The position numbers and the translations under genes are program-made. The notes beneath the pieces are model-generated. The model made no database searches. It was given only the letters and a program-made list of their open reading frames with translations, and was not told where the DNA came from. Shown piece by piece: positions 50,146-60,426 of a DNA stretch of 64,000 nt. Position 1 is the first letter of the stretch. Each line of letters starts with the position of its first letter. The stretch comes from Promethearchaeota archaeon. Its GTDB lineage: Archaea > Asgardarchaeota > Lokiarchaeia > Sigyniarchaeales > SOKP01. The stretch covers positions 92,912-156,911 of the forward strand of contig JAHLWP010000005.1 in the NCBI GenBank assembly GCA_019057865.1, read 5' to 3'.

Positions 50146-52029
50146 TTATTCGCCATAAATATTCTCGAAATATTTAACTTGCTCTTTTAAGTTTAGCAGA
50201 ATTATGTTTTTCTCATTATCTGTAATTGAATAGAGTGAAAAGATAAAGTTATCAATCTCTCTTAATAATTGATTTGTTAAAGCATTGTATTTTCCGTTAG
50301 TCATCCTTAGATTTTCGATAATTTTGTTTACTTTAAAAGCTATTTCAGATTTAGTATTTTCATTAGAATTTCTAAACGGTAAATGACGGATCATATATTG
50401 ATTTAAATTTATTGTAGTATCTTTTTGGTTATTAATTCCATAAATGCAATAAAATTGGATTAGAGCAGAATTAATAAGAGCACATAAATATTTTAATTCC
50501 TCAATATCATCATAAAGTAAAGAATAAATCGATGAAGTAAAACATACATTTTCTTCAGTATAAATTGCTTCAGGTATTATGTTATTATGCTTAATTAGTA
50601 ATTTTGGTTTTGTATAATATTCATAATCCTCACCTTTCAGAAGATTTGAATCAATTTCTTTCATATTAAAAGATTTACTTTTTGTTAAATAATAATGCTT
50701 AAAATCATTTCTTGCACTTATAAAAAGACAAGAACTTTTAGAATTATTTTTTAATATTTTTCTAACTTGTTTCAAGCCCTTATCTTCTTCTCCTCGAATC
50801 ATTTTTGGAAAACTTAGATGATTTAGATAATTCAAATTTCCATTTCGTTCGATTTTATTGATTATTTGATATGTTATATCATCAGTTTTAATTCTTATAC
50901 GGTTTAATGCGATAGTTTCAAACCCACAATGGGGACAATGCTTATTAAATGTGTAAAAATATAACTTCTTTGATTTGTTGCAATAAGGGCATTTTAAGTT
51001 AAAGCAAATTCTTAGTAAATCAGTATTTTGATTTTTGTATGTTATGATTTTTTTCTTCGGATAATCATAAATTTGTAGATCCCTATTTTTATGATTCTTG
51101 TTTCTATAGAAAATTATTTGGACTTCGTTTGTCGCATTTTTAAAAATTTTAGAACCAATATCAAAAATTTTTAGTATGTTTGCTTTAGAGAGTAAACTAT
51201 TTCTAAATTTAACATAACCTTGTCTAAGAAGAAAACTTTTTGGGACTATAAAAACTATAAATTCATTACTCAAATCCAAGGATTTTAATAAAAATGCACA
51301 GTAAATATCATGATAAAAAATATCTTCTTTCTTTAAAATCAATTTTTCATTTTGGTTTAAAATATTTCCATAAGGAGGATTCCCTATAATAATATCGTAT
51401 TTTGCAGAATTAGAATTCAAAATAATATTTTCAATTCTCAAATTTGACTGTAAAATGGGAAGAATTTCCGAGAAACTTAAATTAGATCCATCAAAATACC
51501 AAGCAAGAAGTTTAATTGCACATAACTTAATTGCATATTCATTTGTATCATAACCATAAAGGTTTTTTAATATCCTAATTTTAATATCAATATTTTGGGG
51601 TTCAAAATCTAATTTTCTAATAAGTTTATATAAATAATCTGCTGAATTTATTAGAAAATTTCCAGAACCACACGCAGGATCACAAATTGTTATATTTGAT
51701 AATATTTCATGAATCTTCTGTTGAAAATTTGATGTCAAATTGTTAATTTCATAAATTCTACTTATCTTTTTAAAATTTTTAGAATTTTCTTTTAATTTTT
51801 CATTAATGATAAAGATTAAAGCTTCAGTTACCATAAATTGGGTAATATCTTTTTCCGTATAATAAATTCCCTCTTTTTTTCGATTATGATAACTATTTAA
51901 AAATAGATCTTCAAGCGAATCTATTATTGGAATTAATACTTTAAAATCCTTTATATTGTTTGAATTAGTAGATTTTTCAAATAAACTAAGGAGTTTTTCA
52001 AATTCTTCAAAATTTTTTTGCTGGATCAT
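50146..52029 (-). CDS. N6-adenine DNA methyltransferase (Eco57I/TaqI-like) with Cys-rich insert
   Basis: GIYYT, DPACGSGNF, IIGNPPY and a TaqI_C-like end (YLCALINS). Confidence 0.88.
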   Translation of the reverse strand: MIQQKNFEEFEKLLSLFEKSTNSNNIKDFKVLIPIIDSLEDLFLNSYHNRKKEGIYYTEKDITQFMVTEALIFIINEKLKENSKNFKKISRIYEINNLTSNFQQKIHEILSNITICDPACGSGNFLINSADYLYKLIRKLDFEPQNIDIKIRILKNLYGYDTNEYAIKLCAIKLLAWYFDGSNLSFSEILPILQSNLRIENIILNSNSAKYDIIIGNPPYGNILNQNEKLILKKEDIFYHDIYCAFLLKSLDLSNEFIVFIVPKSFLLRQGYVKFRNSLLSKANILKIFDIGSKIFKNATNEVQIIFYRNKNHKNRDLQIYDYPKKKIITYKNQNTDLLRICFNLKCPYCNKSKKLYFYTFNKHCPHCGFETIALNRIRIKTDDITYQIINKIERNGNLNYLNHLSFPKMIRGEEDKGLKQVRKILKNNSKSSCLFISARNDFKHYYLTKSKSFNMKEIDSNLLKGEDYEYYTKPKLLIKHNNIIPEAIYTEENVCFTSSIYSLLYDDIEELKYLCALINSALIQFYCIYGINNQKDTTINLNQYMIRHLPFRNSNENTKSEIAFKVNKIIENLRMTNGKYNALTNQLLREIDNFIFSLYSITDNEKNIILLNLKEQVKYFENIYGE

Positions 52030-52191
52030 CTTTATTTAATAAAGAATTTGGTTTTTTAGAAAGAAAGATATAAGAAATCAGATCTTTTCGATTATTAATT
52101 AACACCATTAATTTTTAAACTAAAATATTTTATTATTTATACGATATTTTCTTTATATTTTTATAGTTAAATTACCTTAATATAATAGGAT

Positions 52192-52686
52192 ATGACTAGT
52201 GATAAAGAGGAAAAAAAAGACTATTACGGGGTTGCTCCAATAAGTACAGTTGTAAAACAAATGAAAAAGGAATATGATAGAGACTCTAAGGATTGGAGAG
52301 TAATAGGATCAAAAGACGATAAAGGTAATTCTGATACTTTTATAACAAAAAAGCCTAATGCTTACTGGTTAAAATCAAAACAATTGAGCCCTTATTCTGC
52401 TTTGAGCATGGGTACAGTTGTTAGAAATTTAGATAAAGATATTGATGAAAAAATTGGGAAAAAGATGTCCCCAAATGATATGCTTCGCTTTTTTGGGATG
52501 ATTGTTCCCATAAAAAAAGATCAGAATGTTATTGCTACTGGTATTGAAAAATTTTCTCAAGAACACGGTAATTATTTAAAAGATTTAATATATGAACGAG
52601 ATCCTAATATCGGGCATGTATTAGGAAGGCGGATTGATAAGGAATTTTCAAAAAAACATCCGCAACGACGCGGTTTATATATTTAA
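52192..52686 (+). CDS. Hypothetical protein
   Basis: 164 aa ORF with ATG start. Confidence 0.75.
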   Translation: MTSDKEEKKDYYGVAPISTVVKQMKKEYDRDSKDWRVIGSKDDKGNSDTFITKKPNAYWLKSKQLSPYSALSMGTVVRNLDKDIDEKIGKKMSPNDMLRFFGMIVPIKKDQNVIATGIEKFSQEHGNYLKDLIYERDPNIGHVLGRRIDKEFSKKHPQRRGLYI

Positions 52687-52699
52687 AGAAGGAGAACTC

Positions 52700-53113
52700 T
52701 TATACTTTTTTTTTTAACGAGTTTAAATCGTTTTTATTCTTTATAATTGGAAGACTGCTGGAATAATTTGTGGAATTATTAATTAATTCGGTTATTACAG
52801 CATTAATTTTTTCAGATCCAGGTTTACCCTCGAGTTCTTTAGCAAAATCCTTGATCTTTTGAACATTAAAATCTTCTAAATAGAAGGATAGTCCCTTTGA
52901 TAACTCTTCAAATAAAAATTGGAAAGATAAGTCAGCATTTCTCTCTGTTGTGAATAAAGGTTCTTCTGGATCTTCAAAAGTATATGAGATTTCCACCCAA
53001 CGGTCGTTGTCTGCTGGAACCATTCCATAAATATAATCCTTTGTATAAATCCATAAAGGAGTACCTTTATCGAAAGACGAGTCGACTAAATTAGTAAAAT
53101 CATCTTTACTCAT
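52700..53113 (-). CDS. Hypothetical protein
   Basis: ORF; likely start is ATG 53113 (MSKDD). Confidence 0.7.
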   Translation of the reverse strand: MSKDDFTNLVDSSFDKGTPLWIYTKDYIYGMVPADNDRWVEISYTFEDPEEPLFTTERNADLSFQFLFEELSKGLSFYLEDFNVQKIKDFAKELEGKPGSEKINAVITELINNSTNYSSSLPIIKNKNDLNSLKKKV

Positions 53114-53264
53114 ACTAATCCTATTTTGTAGATTTTTAATAAATTTTTTCCTACTATAATTTCGGATACTTTTATAATTAAGTAATTTCAAATTTCTTAT
53201 TTTAATCTTATCTTTTCTAAAGTTTAAAAAGAGTTTTAAATAAAAAGAAGAATTGAAATATAGT

Positions 53265-54029
53265 ATGCGGAAATTGGATTATAAAAAAATTAATTCTGAT
53301 ATTCAATCTTGGATTAAAGATTATGTGAATTCCGCAAACACCGATGGAATTGTAATTGGAATTAGCGGAGGTATTGATAGTGCTGTAACTGCTGCATTAT
53401 GTGTAAAATCAATAGGTAAGGATAAAGTTATAGGATTAGGTTTACCTTGCTCATCAATACCTCAAGATATAGAAGATGCTAAAAAGATTGCTAAAATTTT
53501 AGGAATACAATTTCTTATAATAGATTTAACGAGTATTTATAATGAATTTATGGAGCGTGTTTCTCCTCTTATTAAATCCAATAAAATAGCAATGGCAAAT
53601 TTAAAGCCTCGATTAAGAATGATGACGGTTTATTTTGTAGGTCAATCCATGGGCAGATATCTAGTAGGTGGAGCCGGGAATAGGACAGAATTAGCAATTG
53701 GTTACTTTACTAAATATGGTGATGGAGGTGTAGATTTTGAACCTATTGGAGGACTTTATAAATGTGAAGTAAGGGAAATTGGAAAGCTTCTAGGAATCCC
53801 TGAAAATATTATTAAAAAACCACCTTCAGCAGGTTTATGGAAAGGTCAAACTGATGAGGGCGAAATTGGCTTAAGTTATGATACAATAGATGAAATCCTC
53901 TATAGATTAGATTATAACTTAGATCTAGATGATCTTAATGAAAAGGATATCACTAAAGTTAAAAACATGATAAAATCAGCACAACATAAAATGAAAATGC
54001 CTCCAACTTTTAAAATAAACAAAAATTAG
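53265..54029 (+). CDS. nadE: NH3-dependent NAD+ synthetase
   Basis: GISGGIDS, NLKPRLRM, GYFTKYGDG and PPSAGLW..QTDE. Confidence 0.96.
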   Translation: MRKLDYKKINSDIQSWIKDYVNSANTDGIVIGISGGIDSAVTAALCVKSIGKDKVIGLGLPCSSIPQDIEDAKKIAKILGIQFLIIDLTSIYNEFMERVSPLIKSNKIAMANLKPRLRMMTVYFVGQSMGRYLVGGAGNRTELAIGYFTKYGDGGVDFEPIGGLYKCEVREIGKLLGIPENIIKKPPSAGLWKGQTDEGEIGLSYDTIDEILYRLDYNLDLDDLNEKDITKVKNMIKSAQHKMKMPPTFKINKN

Positions 54030-54043
54030 AATTTTAAAAATAG

Positions 54044-55267
54044 TTATAGACCTGCAATTACTCTTCTAATCTTATTAATTCGCGAAGTAATTTCATTTAG
54101 CTTGAATTTAAGGTCATCACTTTGATTTTTATATTCAAAATCGTCAATATTACCTTTATGATATCTCTTTTCTAAATCTTTAAAGCTTTTCTCTAATGAA
54201 TATCTCCTTCCTTCCAGAGCAATTAATTCTTGATATAATGCATCTTTATCAGCAGGTAATTCATCAGTAGTTGAAATACTATCTTCAACTTTAGTAGCGC
54301 CAAATTCTACAAAAGGCATTGTACTTGTTTTCTCCTTAAACCCTCCTTTCTTTTTCTTTTTCTCCTCTTTTTTTTTCTTTTCTTTCACTAGCATTCCACC
54401 AACACGACCAATAACTTGCTCTGAATTATTAGTCTTTTCTCCGACAGAGGAGAATACATTAAACAGATCTTCACCGCTAGATTTTACGGATTCTGCTTCT
54501 ACTTCTTCTACACTAACAGTACTAATTGTTGGTTTTGAATTAATGGCAAACTCTGCTTTATTAATCTCAATTTCGCTAGACTCCAAAGAGGGCATTTCAG
54601 TTACTGATGTAGTTATCTTTGGTTTCGCCCTTTCTTCCTTCTTTTTAGGTTCAGTGGGTTTACTCTTAACTCTAACTGGAGGTACATCTTTTGGAGTCTT
54701 TATAGCTGGAATTTTTATTTTAGGAGGGGGTAGTTTTGATTCTTTTTTTGGTTTTATCGTTTTTACTACTCGTGTCTGAGAAACTTGCTTAAGTGTTTCA
54801 TCCTTTTTTTCTAAATCTTGTTTTAACATTTCAATTTTTTCTTTTAGACCTTCAATTTCTCCTTTAAATTGTTCAGAAACCTTATCCACTATTTCTGTAA
54901 TATCTATTTGAGAAGAAGCAGAATTAACTTGAGATTGAGTGGCTGATGTTTCTTTGATTTCTTTTTTCTCAAATTTAACTGTTTTGTCGGTGATATTAAT
55001 AATTTTTTGTATATATTCAGGTAATTCAGATTCAATGAACCAAAATTCCAGTGTATCCCATTCTTCTAATTTCATGAGAGCATCCTCAAAAAGACGCATG
55101 TTAGCTCCTATATCAAATGTATTTATAGTTCTTAAAGATTTTATCTTCTCCATTAATTTATCCCGGGCTTCAATTTCATCATCCGGAGTTGGTTCTTCCT
55201 CTGCTAAGAGTAGATAAATATCTTTTATCTCCTGAATAGTAGTTTTTAACTTTTCCTCTTCACTCAT
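54044..55267 (-). CDS. Hypothetical coiled-coil protein with Pro/Lys-rich disordered linker
   Basis: 407 aa ORF. Confidence 0.8.
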   Translation of the reverse strand: MSEEEKLKTTIQEIKDIYLLLAEEEPTPDDEIEARDKLMEKIKSLRTINTFDIGANMRLFEDALMKLEEWDTLEFWFIESELPEYIQKIINITDKTVKFEKKEIKETSATQSQVNSASSQIDITEIVDKVSEQFKGEIEGLKEKIEMLKQDLEKKDETLKQVSQTRVVKTIKPKKESKLPPPKIKIPAIKTPKDVPPVRVKSKPTEPKKKEERAKPKITTSVTEMPSLESSEIEINKAEFAINSKPTISTVSVEEVEAESVKSSGEDLFNVFSSVGEKTNNSEQVIGRVGGMLVKEKKKKEEKKKKKGGFKEKTSTMPFVEFGATKVEDSISTTDELPADKDALYQELIALEGRRYSLEKSFKDLEKRYHKGNIDDFEYKNQSDDLKFKLNEITSRINKIRRVIAGL

Positions 55268-55431
55268 AAGGGATTACTTGATTTATTTATTTTGATTCTC
55301 TGCAAAAAATTTCTCTTTAAGTATTTAAAAACATTTCACTAATTTATTTTTTTGCGTTATAATAAGTTTAAATAAATTCTACCTAATTTACTAAGATTTA
55401 AAAACAAATAAACAAAGATTGAATAAAAAAT

Positions 55432-56139
55432 TTAATTTAATTTTTGTGATCTCTTTATTTTTTTAATTAAAATTCCTGAAATAACGCAAATCGCACCAAT
55501 TAAAATGTATATATCATAACTGAGAATTACTGCTCTCCCTTCTTTACCTTTACATATATTATTATAAATATAATTTACTATGCAATTAATTTCACTGATA
55601 CACTTATAACCATTGCCTATAAATGTATTTCCTGAAACTGTGTTGTAATTACTTTGTTGCAATTCTATTCCAATTTGGTTGTTGTTTGCCGTATTGTCTG
55701 AGATATTGTTATAATCGCTTTTCCATAACATAAAGCCGTATATATTGTTATCATTTGCCTCGTTTCCTGAAATGTTATTATAATTACTCCACTGTATAAA
55801 TATCCCTAGACCCCCTATTAAACCATCTAATGGATCATCATAGTTATTATTTGCATAATTTCTAGTAATGTTATTATTATCGCAAAAGTCAAGACTAATG
55901 CCTAAACGATTGTTGGTAACAGTGTTTTCTGTAATAATATTATTATCATAGTCTTGTAGATATATCCCGGAGTGGGTATTATCCGAGCAATCATTTTTAA
56001 TTAATTTTCTAAGATGGACTTCGTATAAGGTGTTTGGATCAATTATTTCTTCAGCAATTAGATCTGGTGGGATCGCAATTTTGTAATAATTTCCTTGTTT
56101 TTGAGGTTTTGCTGGAAAAGTTATTACTTCCTCTGTCAT
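55432..56139 (-). CDS. Apparent chimera: AbrB-like N-terminus fused to NosD-type parallel beta-helix and C-terminal TM anchor
   Basis: KQGNYYKIAIP..IDPNTLYEV followed abruptly by GIxL..SxYNxISxN repeats. Confidence 0.6.
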   Translation of the reverse strand: MTEEVITFPAKPQKQGNYYKIAIPPDLIAEEIIDPNTLYEVHLRKLIKNDCSDNTHSGIYLQDYDNNIITENTVTNNRLGISLDFCDNNNITRNYANNNYDDPLDGLIGGLGIFIQWSNYNNISGNEANDNNIYGFMLWKSDYNNISDNTANNNQIGIELQQSNYNTVSGNTFIGNGYKCISEINCIVNYIYNNICKGKEGRAVILSYDIYILIGAICVISGILIKKIKRSQKLN

Positions 56140-56317
56140 ATATAGATTATGTACTCACCGTGTAAAAGATTAATGCAATTAATATACTAAATGTATATAA
56201 ATTATACAAGCATTTATATGATAAAATTGTATATCTCTAATATAAGTAAAACAATATCAATTGTAATAAGAAAGTAATTGAGTACAAATATTAATGCAAG
56301 GAAAGGAAGTGAATTAA

Positions 56318-56488
56318 ATAAGGATAAAAGTATGTTTCAAGTGTCATGAATATCTACCTATTATTGAAAATGACTATATCAATAAAAAACAATTAGAAAA
56401 GTTTGATTCATTACATTCTGGCCATCCTGTTCAGATTGTAAATGAAGAAGAGGTAGGGAATATAAGAGAATGGAAAACCATTTTGTGA
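56318..56488 (+). CDS. Small CxxC...HxxH putative zinc-binding protein (not in ORF track)
   Basis: (I)RIKVCFKCHEYLPIIENDYINKKQLEKFDSLHSGHPVQIVNEEEV aligns to 32359-32553. First codon is ATA, directly after TAA. Confidence 0.65.
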   Translation: MRIKVCFKCHEYLPIIENDYINKKQLEKFDSLHSGHPVQIVNEEEVGNIREWKTIL

Positions 56489-56550
56489 ACAAAAAATAAA
56501 ATTAATATACTAACTTTTATTAAATTGATACCTCAAATAAAAAGAAAAAT

Positions 56551-56760
56551 TTACTTTTTTTCTATTGATGTCCCACATTGTGGACAAAAACTTACCTTCT
56601 TATTTAATTTGTTCCCTTAAAATTTACAGAGATAGAAAGTTTCTAGCGCTTTAAAATCTTCAATAAATGCATTATTAGCTTTTATATATATCTTCTGCGG
56701 AATAAATAAAGAAAAAATTATAAAAGGTAGAGAATAAAAAAGCAATACCTCCACATAATT
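56551..56760 (-). pseudogene. Remnant of a TM plus zinc-ribbon protein
   Basis: Translates ...LFIPQKIY...YLCKF*GNKLNKKVSFCPQCGTSIEKK*; stop at the second Cys position. Confidence 0.45.
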
Positions 56761-56861
56761 GTTGAGTTTCATAAGAAATTTTCACTATAAATTCTATCAT
56801 AAAAATTTTTATTAATTTTATAAGAAAAATTTAAATACACATTTTTTCTTAAATAACTGAT

Positions 56862-57771
56862 TTGACTGAAAATAAGATTCATAATAGACTGGAACGATTA
56901 ATTGCTTCATTAATTATTACAGAAAATCAAAAAAGCTTTCTTCAAGAAAAAGCTAATGATTTTTTCAATAAGTTAAAATCCATTTCTCAAAATCAAATCC
57001 CTTACTGGTCGTCTCTTTACTTATCAAAAAATATCTATCAATACACCTTAAGGCGATTCTGGTTTGGTAAATTTCTCGATAGGGGGCTTTTCATTAAAAA
57101 TCGATTTGATGTTGACATATATCTTGTATGTGGGCAAAATAACACTTACCCTAATAAGCAAAACAATCTAACTGGAAGCCTGCTTTTCGAATTACTTTAT
57201 TCTCATCTTAAAGTTTACCAATTTAATCATAGAGAACATATGAAAATATTAAAGGAACCTCCTTATGGACATGCAGTTCCCATTCGAATGGATTATCAAG
57301 GCATCTCTATTCTTTTTGACTGTATTCCCGCAATTGAATTACATGACAGATATCTTATTATTCCCAATGGAACGGGGGGCACCAAAAAAATTAAACCCGA
57401 AATTAGAAGAACAAGCTCTCTCTGAATTGGACAAGAAGCAAAATGGAAAAATAACCAAACTTATCATTCTTTTGAAGTACTGGAATTTCAATTGGGGGAA
57501 ACCTATAAAAGGATACCTAATTGAACGTCTCGTTGAGTATATATTTGAAAAGATTGAGGTTCAGAGCTGGAACCAAGCTGTAAAAACTTTACTCAATCGA
57601 GCAAATTATATCTTAGATAAGGAGAAATTTTTACCTGATAGAGTAGTTAACCAATATTCTGTATTTGATGAGTATCCTAGTAATAAGTTAAAAGATTTCC
57701 TTGAAATACTTATAGAAGCAGAAAATTATGCCCAAAAAGGTAAATGGGAAGATTTATTTAGTGATTTATAG
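56862..57771 (+). pseudogene. SMODS/CD-NTase-like nucleotidyltransferase, frameshifted
   Basis: RGLFIKNRFDVDIY, FDCIPA and IIPN in one frame continue as NPK..KLIILLKYWN..IKGYLIE in the next; junction at G6/A7 runs 57374-57390. Confidence 0.7.
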
Positions 57772-57916
57772 TTTGAGATTAGATGTTTAAACAAACTAAA
57801 AGTTCTTCAAGTTCCCATTCATCTCAACTTTAAAAATAAATTTATTTTCAATAAATAGAGTGAAAAAACTCATAAAAGAGGTAAGACTTAAATAGAGGTA
57901 TTACTATTTCTCTAGT

Positions 57917-58153
57917 ATGACCAAATTAAAAGTTGGTCCTAAAGGACAAGTTACCTTGATAAAAAAAATAAGAGAGAAATTTGGCATAGAACCAGGTTCA
58001 CTTATCGAGGAAATCGAAGTTGAAGATGGTATATTAATAAAACCTATAGAATCTTCATTTAAAAAATGGAAGAGTCTTAAAGAGAAAGTAAGTAAGAAAT
58101 GGCCCTCAGATATTTCTTCTGTACAAGCAATTCAAGAGGATAGAACAAAATGA
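57917..58153 (+). CDS. AbrB/MazE-type antitoxin (VapB)
   Basis: KVGPKGQVT..IREKFGI.PG; overlaps the PIN gene start (ATGA). Confidence 0.88.
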   Translation: MTKLKVGPKGQVTLIKKIREKFGIEPGSLIEEIEVEDGILIKPIESSFKKWKSLKEKVSKKWPSDISSVQAIQEDRTK

Positions 58154-58566
58154 AAGATATAATCGTAGATTCTAATGTTTTTATTGCATCCTTAATAAAA
58201 AATGATAAATTTCACCAGAACAGCCTTGATATTATTGAAAGAATGGAAAATGGTGAATTAAATTTTCATATATCTATGATAACCCCTATTGAAATATGTT
58301 GTGTCATTGCAAGGAGAGTGGGAATAAAAGAAGCAAAGGAAAGTGAAGAAATAATCCAAAATTGGGTTAAAGAAAAAAAAATTAATATTTATGAACTGAA
58401 TGAAAAGAGAATGCTTGAAGCACAAAATCGTGGAATCAATTTTAAATTAAAGGGAATGGATGCAATCATAGTTCAATTAGCATTTGAATTAAATTTCCCA
58501 TTAATCACTTTCGACAATGAAATTATTGAAAGAACAAAAGATATCCAATTTTTTGAATCATCTTAA
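58150..58566 (+). CDS. PIN-domain toxin (VapC)
   Basis: IVDSNVF, D..H, MDA..V..A and LITFD. Confidence 0.9.
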   Translation: MKDIIVDSNVFIASLIKNDKFHQNSLDIIERMENGELNFHISMITPIEICCVIARRVGIKEAKESEEIIQNWVKEKKINIYELNEKRMLEAQNRGINFKLKGMDAIIVQLAFELNFPLITFDNEIIERTKDIQFFESS

Positions 58567-58583
58567 TATTATGATCTTTAAAT

Positions 58584-58909
58584 ATGTTTGGTAAAATTTT
58601 AGCTAATAAATTAGACGAATATGAAAAAGCACTTTATCCTCCTTTAGGAAAAGGAGAGCTTGAAGCTCTTGAATTAGCTAAACAAAAAAAAGTGTATTAA
58701 TTATCGACGATAAGAAAGCGTGAAACATAGCGCAAATCCAAAAAATAAAGAACCAAACTACTATTGCGACAATATTTGAATTACTTTTTTCCAAAAATAT
58801 TAATTTTCTAGAATATAAATCTAATATAAAACAATATGCTGAAAATAGTTGGATTTCAGCGGATATTATTCAAGAATATAATGATAAAGGAGAAGAATAT
58901 GGGAGATAA
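58584..58909 (+). pseudogene. DUF3368-like PIN-domain pseudogene
   Basis: LGKGELEALELA, frameshift in the A-run near 58684-91, then VLIIDDKKA*NIA (TGA at the usual Arg). Confidence 0.7.
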
Positions 58910-59059
58910 AATATCGATTTCTTAGTTTTTTGTATCACTTTCTAATATATTTAAATTCATAATAATTAATTTTCTTTGAAAAACAAAAGTTAGGTAAAAA
59001 AATGGTTTCATAATATAAACAAGTACGCAATAAAAAACGAACGGAGGAATTATAAAATT

Positions 59060-60226
59060 ATGGGAAAAAAAGTAAGATATTTTATTTGTGGGAGTGCAGG
59101 TAAGTGGGACGATTATAATCCTATCAAGGTTACACGAGAGGAAATCGTTTCAGAAACAGTGTATATCTTAAATAGAGAACCTCTCACTATTTCACAAATC
59201 AGCGATGCCATCAAAAAAGATGAAGCTACCGTCAAGAAGATTATAGACTCGCTCCTAAAGGCTAACGTCATTAGAGAAGATGATGGAAAGTATTGGATAA
59301 ATTTTACATTATACTCGAAAGAAGATAATAAAATCCTTCTCGATATCGGAAAGGAATATGGAAAGCAGTTGGCTCATAAACTGATGGAGAATAAAACAGA
59401 GCTTTCCAATCTAACAGACAGAATACGATGTGCCGATTTTATCGAAAGAAATAAGATTAATTTTGCCTTAATCGGTTTTTTTGCTCTTGATTGGTATTGT
59501 TTGGAAGAATTGGAAAAATATAACTTTTTGGTGCTTTATAAGAAACAACCCGGTAACAGAGATTATATCCTTAAAGGTAATGAACTTTCTGATACTAATG
59601 TGATTAAATCGCTGTTATATTGTGGAAGCAATAATCAGACTGTTGGAGAATATACTTTTACCTCATTTGGTGGAGGTGCTGTTAGGTCTTCCTTCCCTAA
59701 TATATTGTGGCAAGTTTCAACCTCAGCATTTGATAACATCAAGGGTAGCTCGGATTTAAGGGAAGCCTTCGTTAATGTCTTACCCCTTTATACCGAAGAT
59801 TTGCTCAAAGATTGTGGTAAGCTCATCGAATCGTTGATAGTAGGTAAGGAGACAGAAGCGACGAATAGAGACGCTCTTCTCAATCTTTTGGAAAAATTGG
59901 AGTATATCATTAAAGAAGATGGAAATCATAAAGTCAACATCCCGGTATTTTTTCCAGAGGACAAAGAAATCATCAACAAAATAAACAGCCGAGTCGCAAA
60001 AATAGTAATCGACTTCATCGACCCGATTTATTCGAAAATTAGAGACGGTCTAAGTGGAATAAGACCAACATTGAATAAAATCCCATTCAGAGAGACTTTC
60101 TCTGAAGTTTGGCATAAGATATTCGGCTATTGTAATAGATTTCTCGCAGAAGAAGGATTTATGTATGATCCGCCAGAAACACCATATAATGCACGATATC
60201 TCCCTTGGATTACCATAGAAAGATAA
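59060..60226 (+). CDS. Winged-HTH domain protein with internal duplication
   Basis: LTISQISDAIKKDEATVKKIIDSLLKANVI; repeated EDG..(I/V)N motif. Confidence 0.7.
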   Translation: MGKKVRYFICGSAGKWDDYNPIKVTREEIVSETVYILNREPLTISQISDAIKKDEATVKKIIDSLLKANVIREDDGKYWINFTLYSKEDNKILLDIGKEYGKQLAHKLMENKTELSNLTDRIRCADFIERNKINFALIGFFALDWYCLEELEKYNFLVLYKKQPGNRDYILKGNELSDTNVIKSLLYCGSNNQTVGEYTFTSFGGGAVRSSFPNILWQVSTSAFDNIKGSSDLREAFVNVLPLYTEDLLKDCGKLIESLIVGKETEATNRDALLNLLEKLEYIIKEDGNHKVNIPVFFPEDKEIINKINSRVAKIVIDFIDPIYSKIRDGLSGIRPTLNKIPFRETFSEVWHKIFGYCNRFLAEEGFMYDPPETPYNARYLPWITIER

Positions 60227-60298
60227 AATCATTCTTTATAAATTTGAATATTAGAACATTTGGTTTTAATTAAAAGAAGATTTAGTAGAGAAAATCCC

Positions 60299-60364
60299 AA
60301 TCTTTTTACTTTCTATTTCATCTTTTCAAAGGAAATTTCATTGAAATTAGACTCTGAATTTACC
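60299..60364 (+). repeat. Imperfect direct repeat, copy 1
   Basis: Ungapped match to 63869-63934, about 56 of 66 nt by manual count. Confidence 0.85.
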
Positions 60365-60426
60365 TTTCCATTACAATTTCACAGAAAATTGGGACAAAAT
60401 TTAAAAAGGCTCGAACCTTGTGTCTC

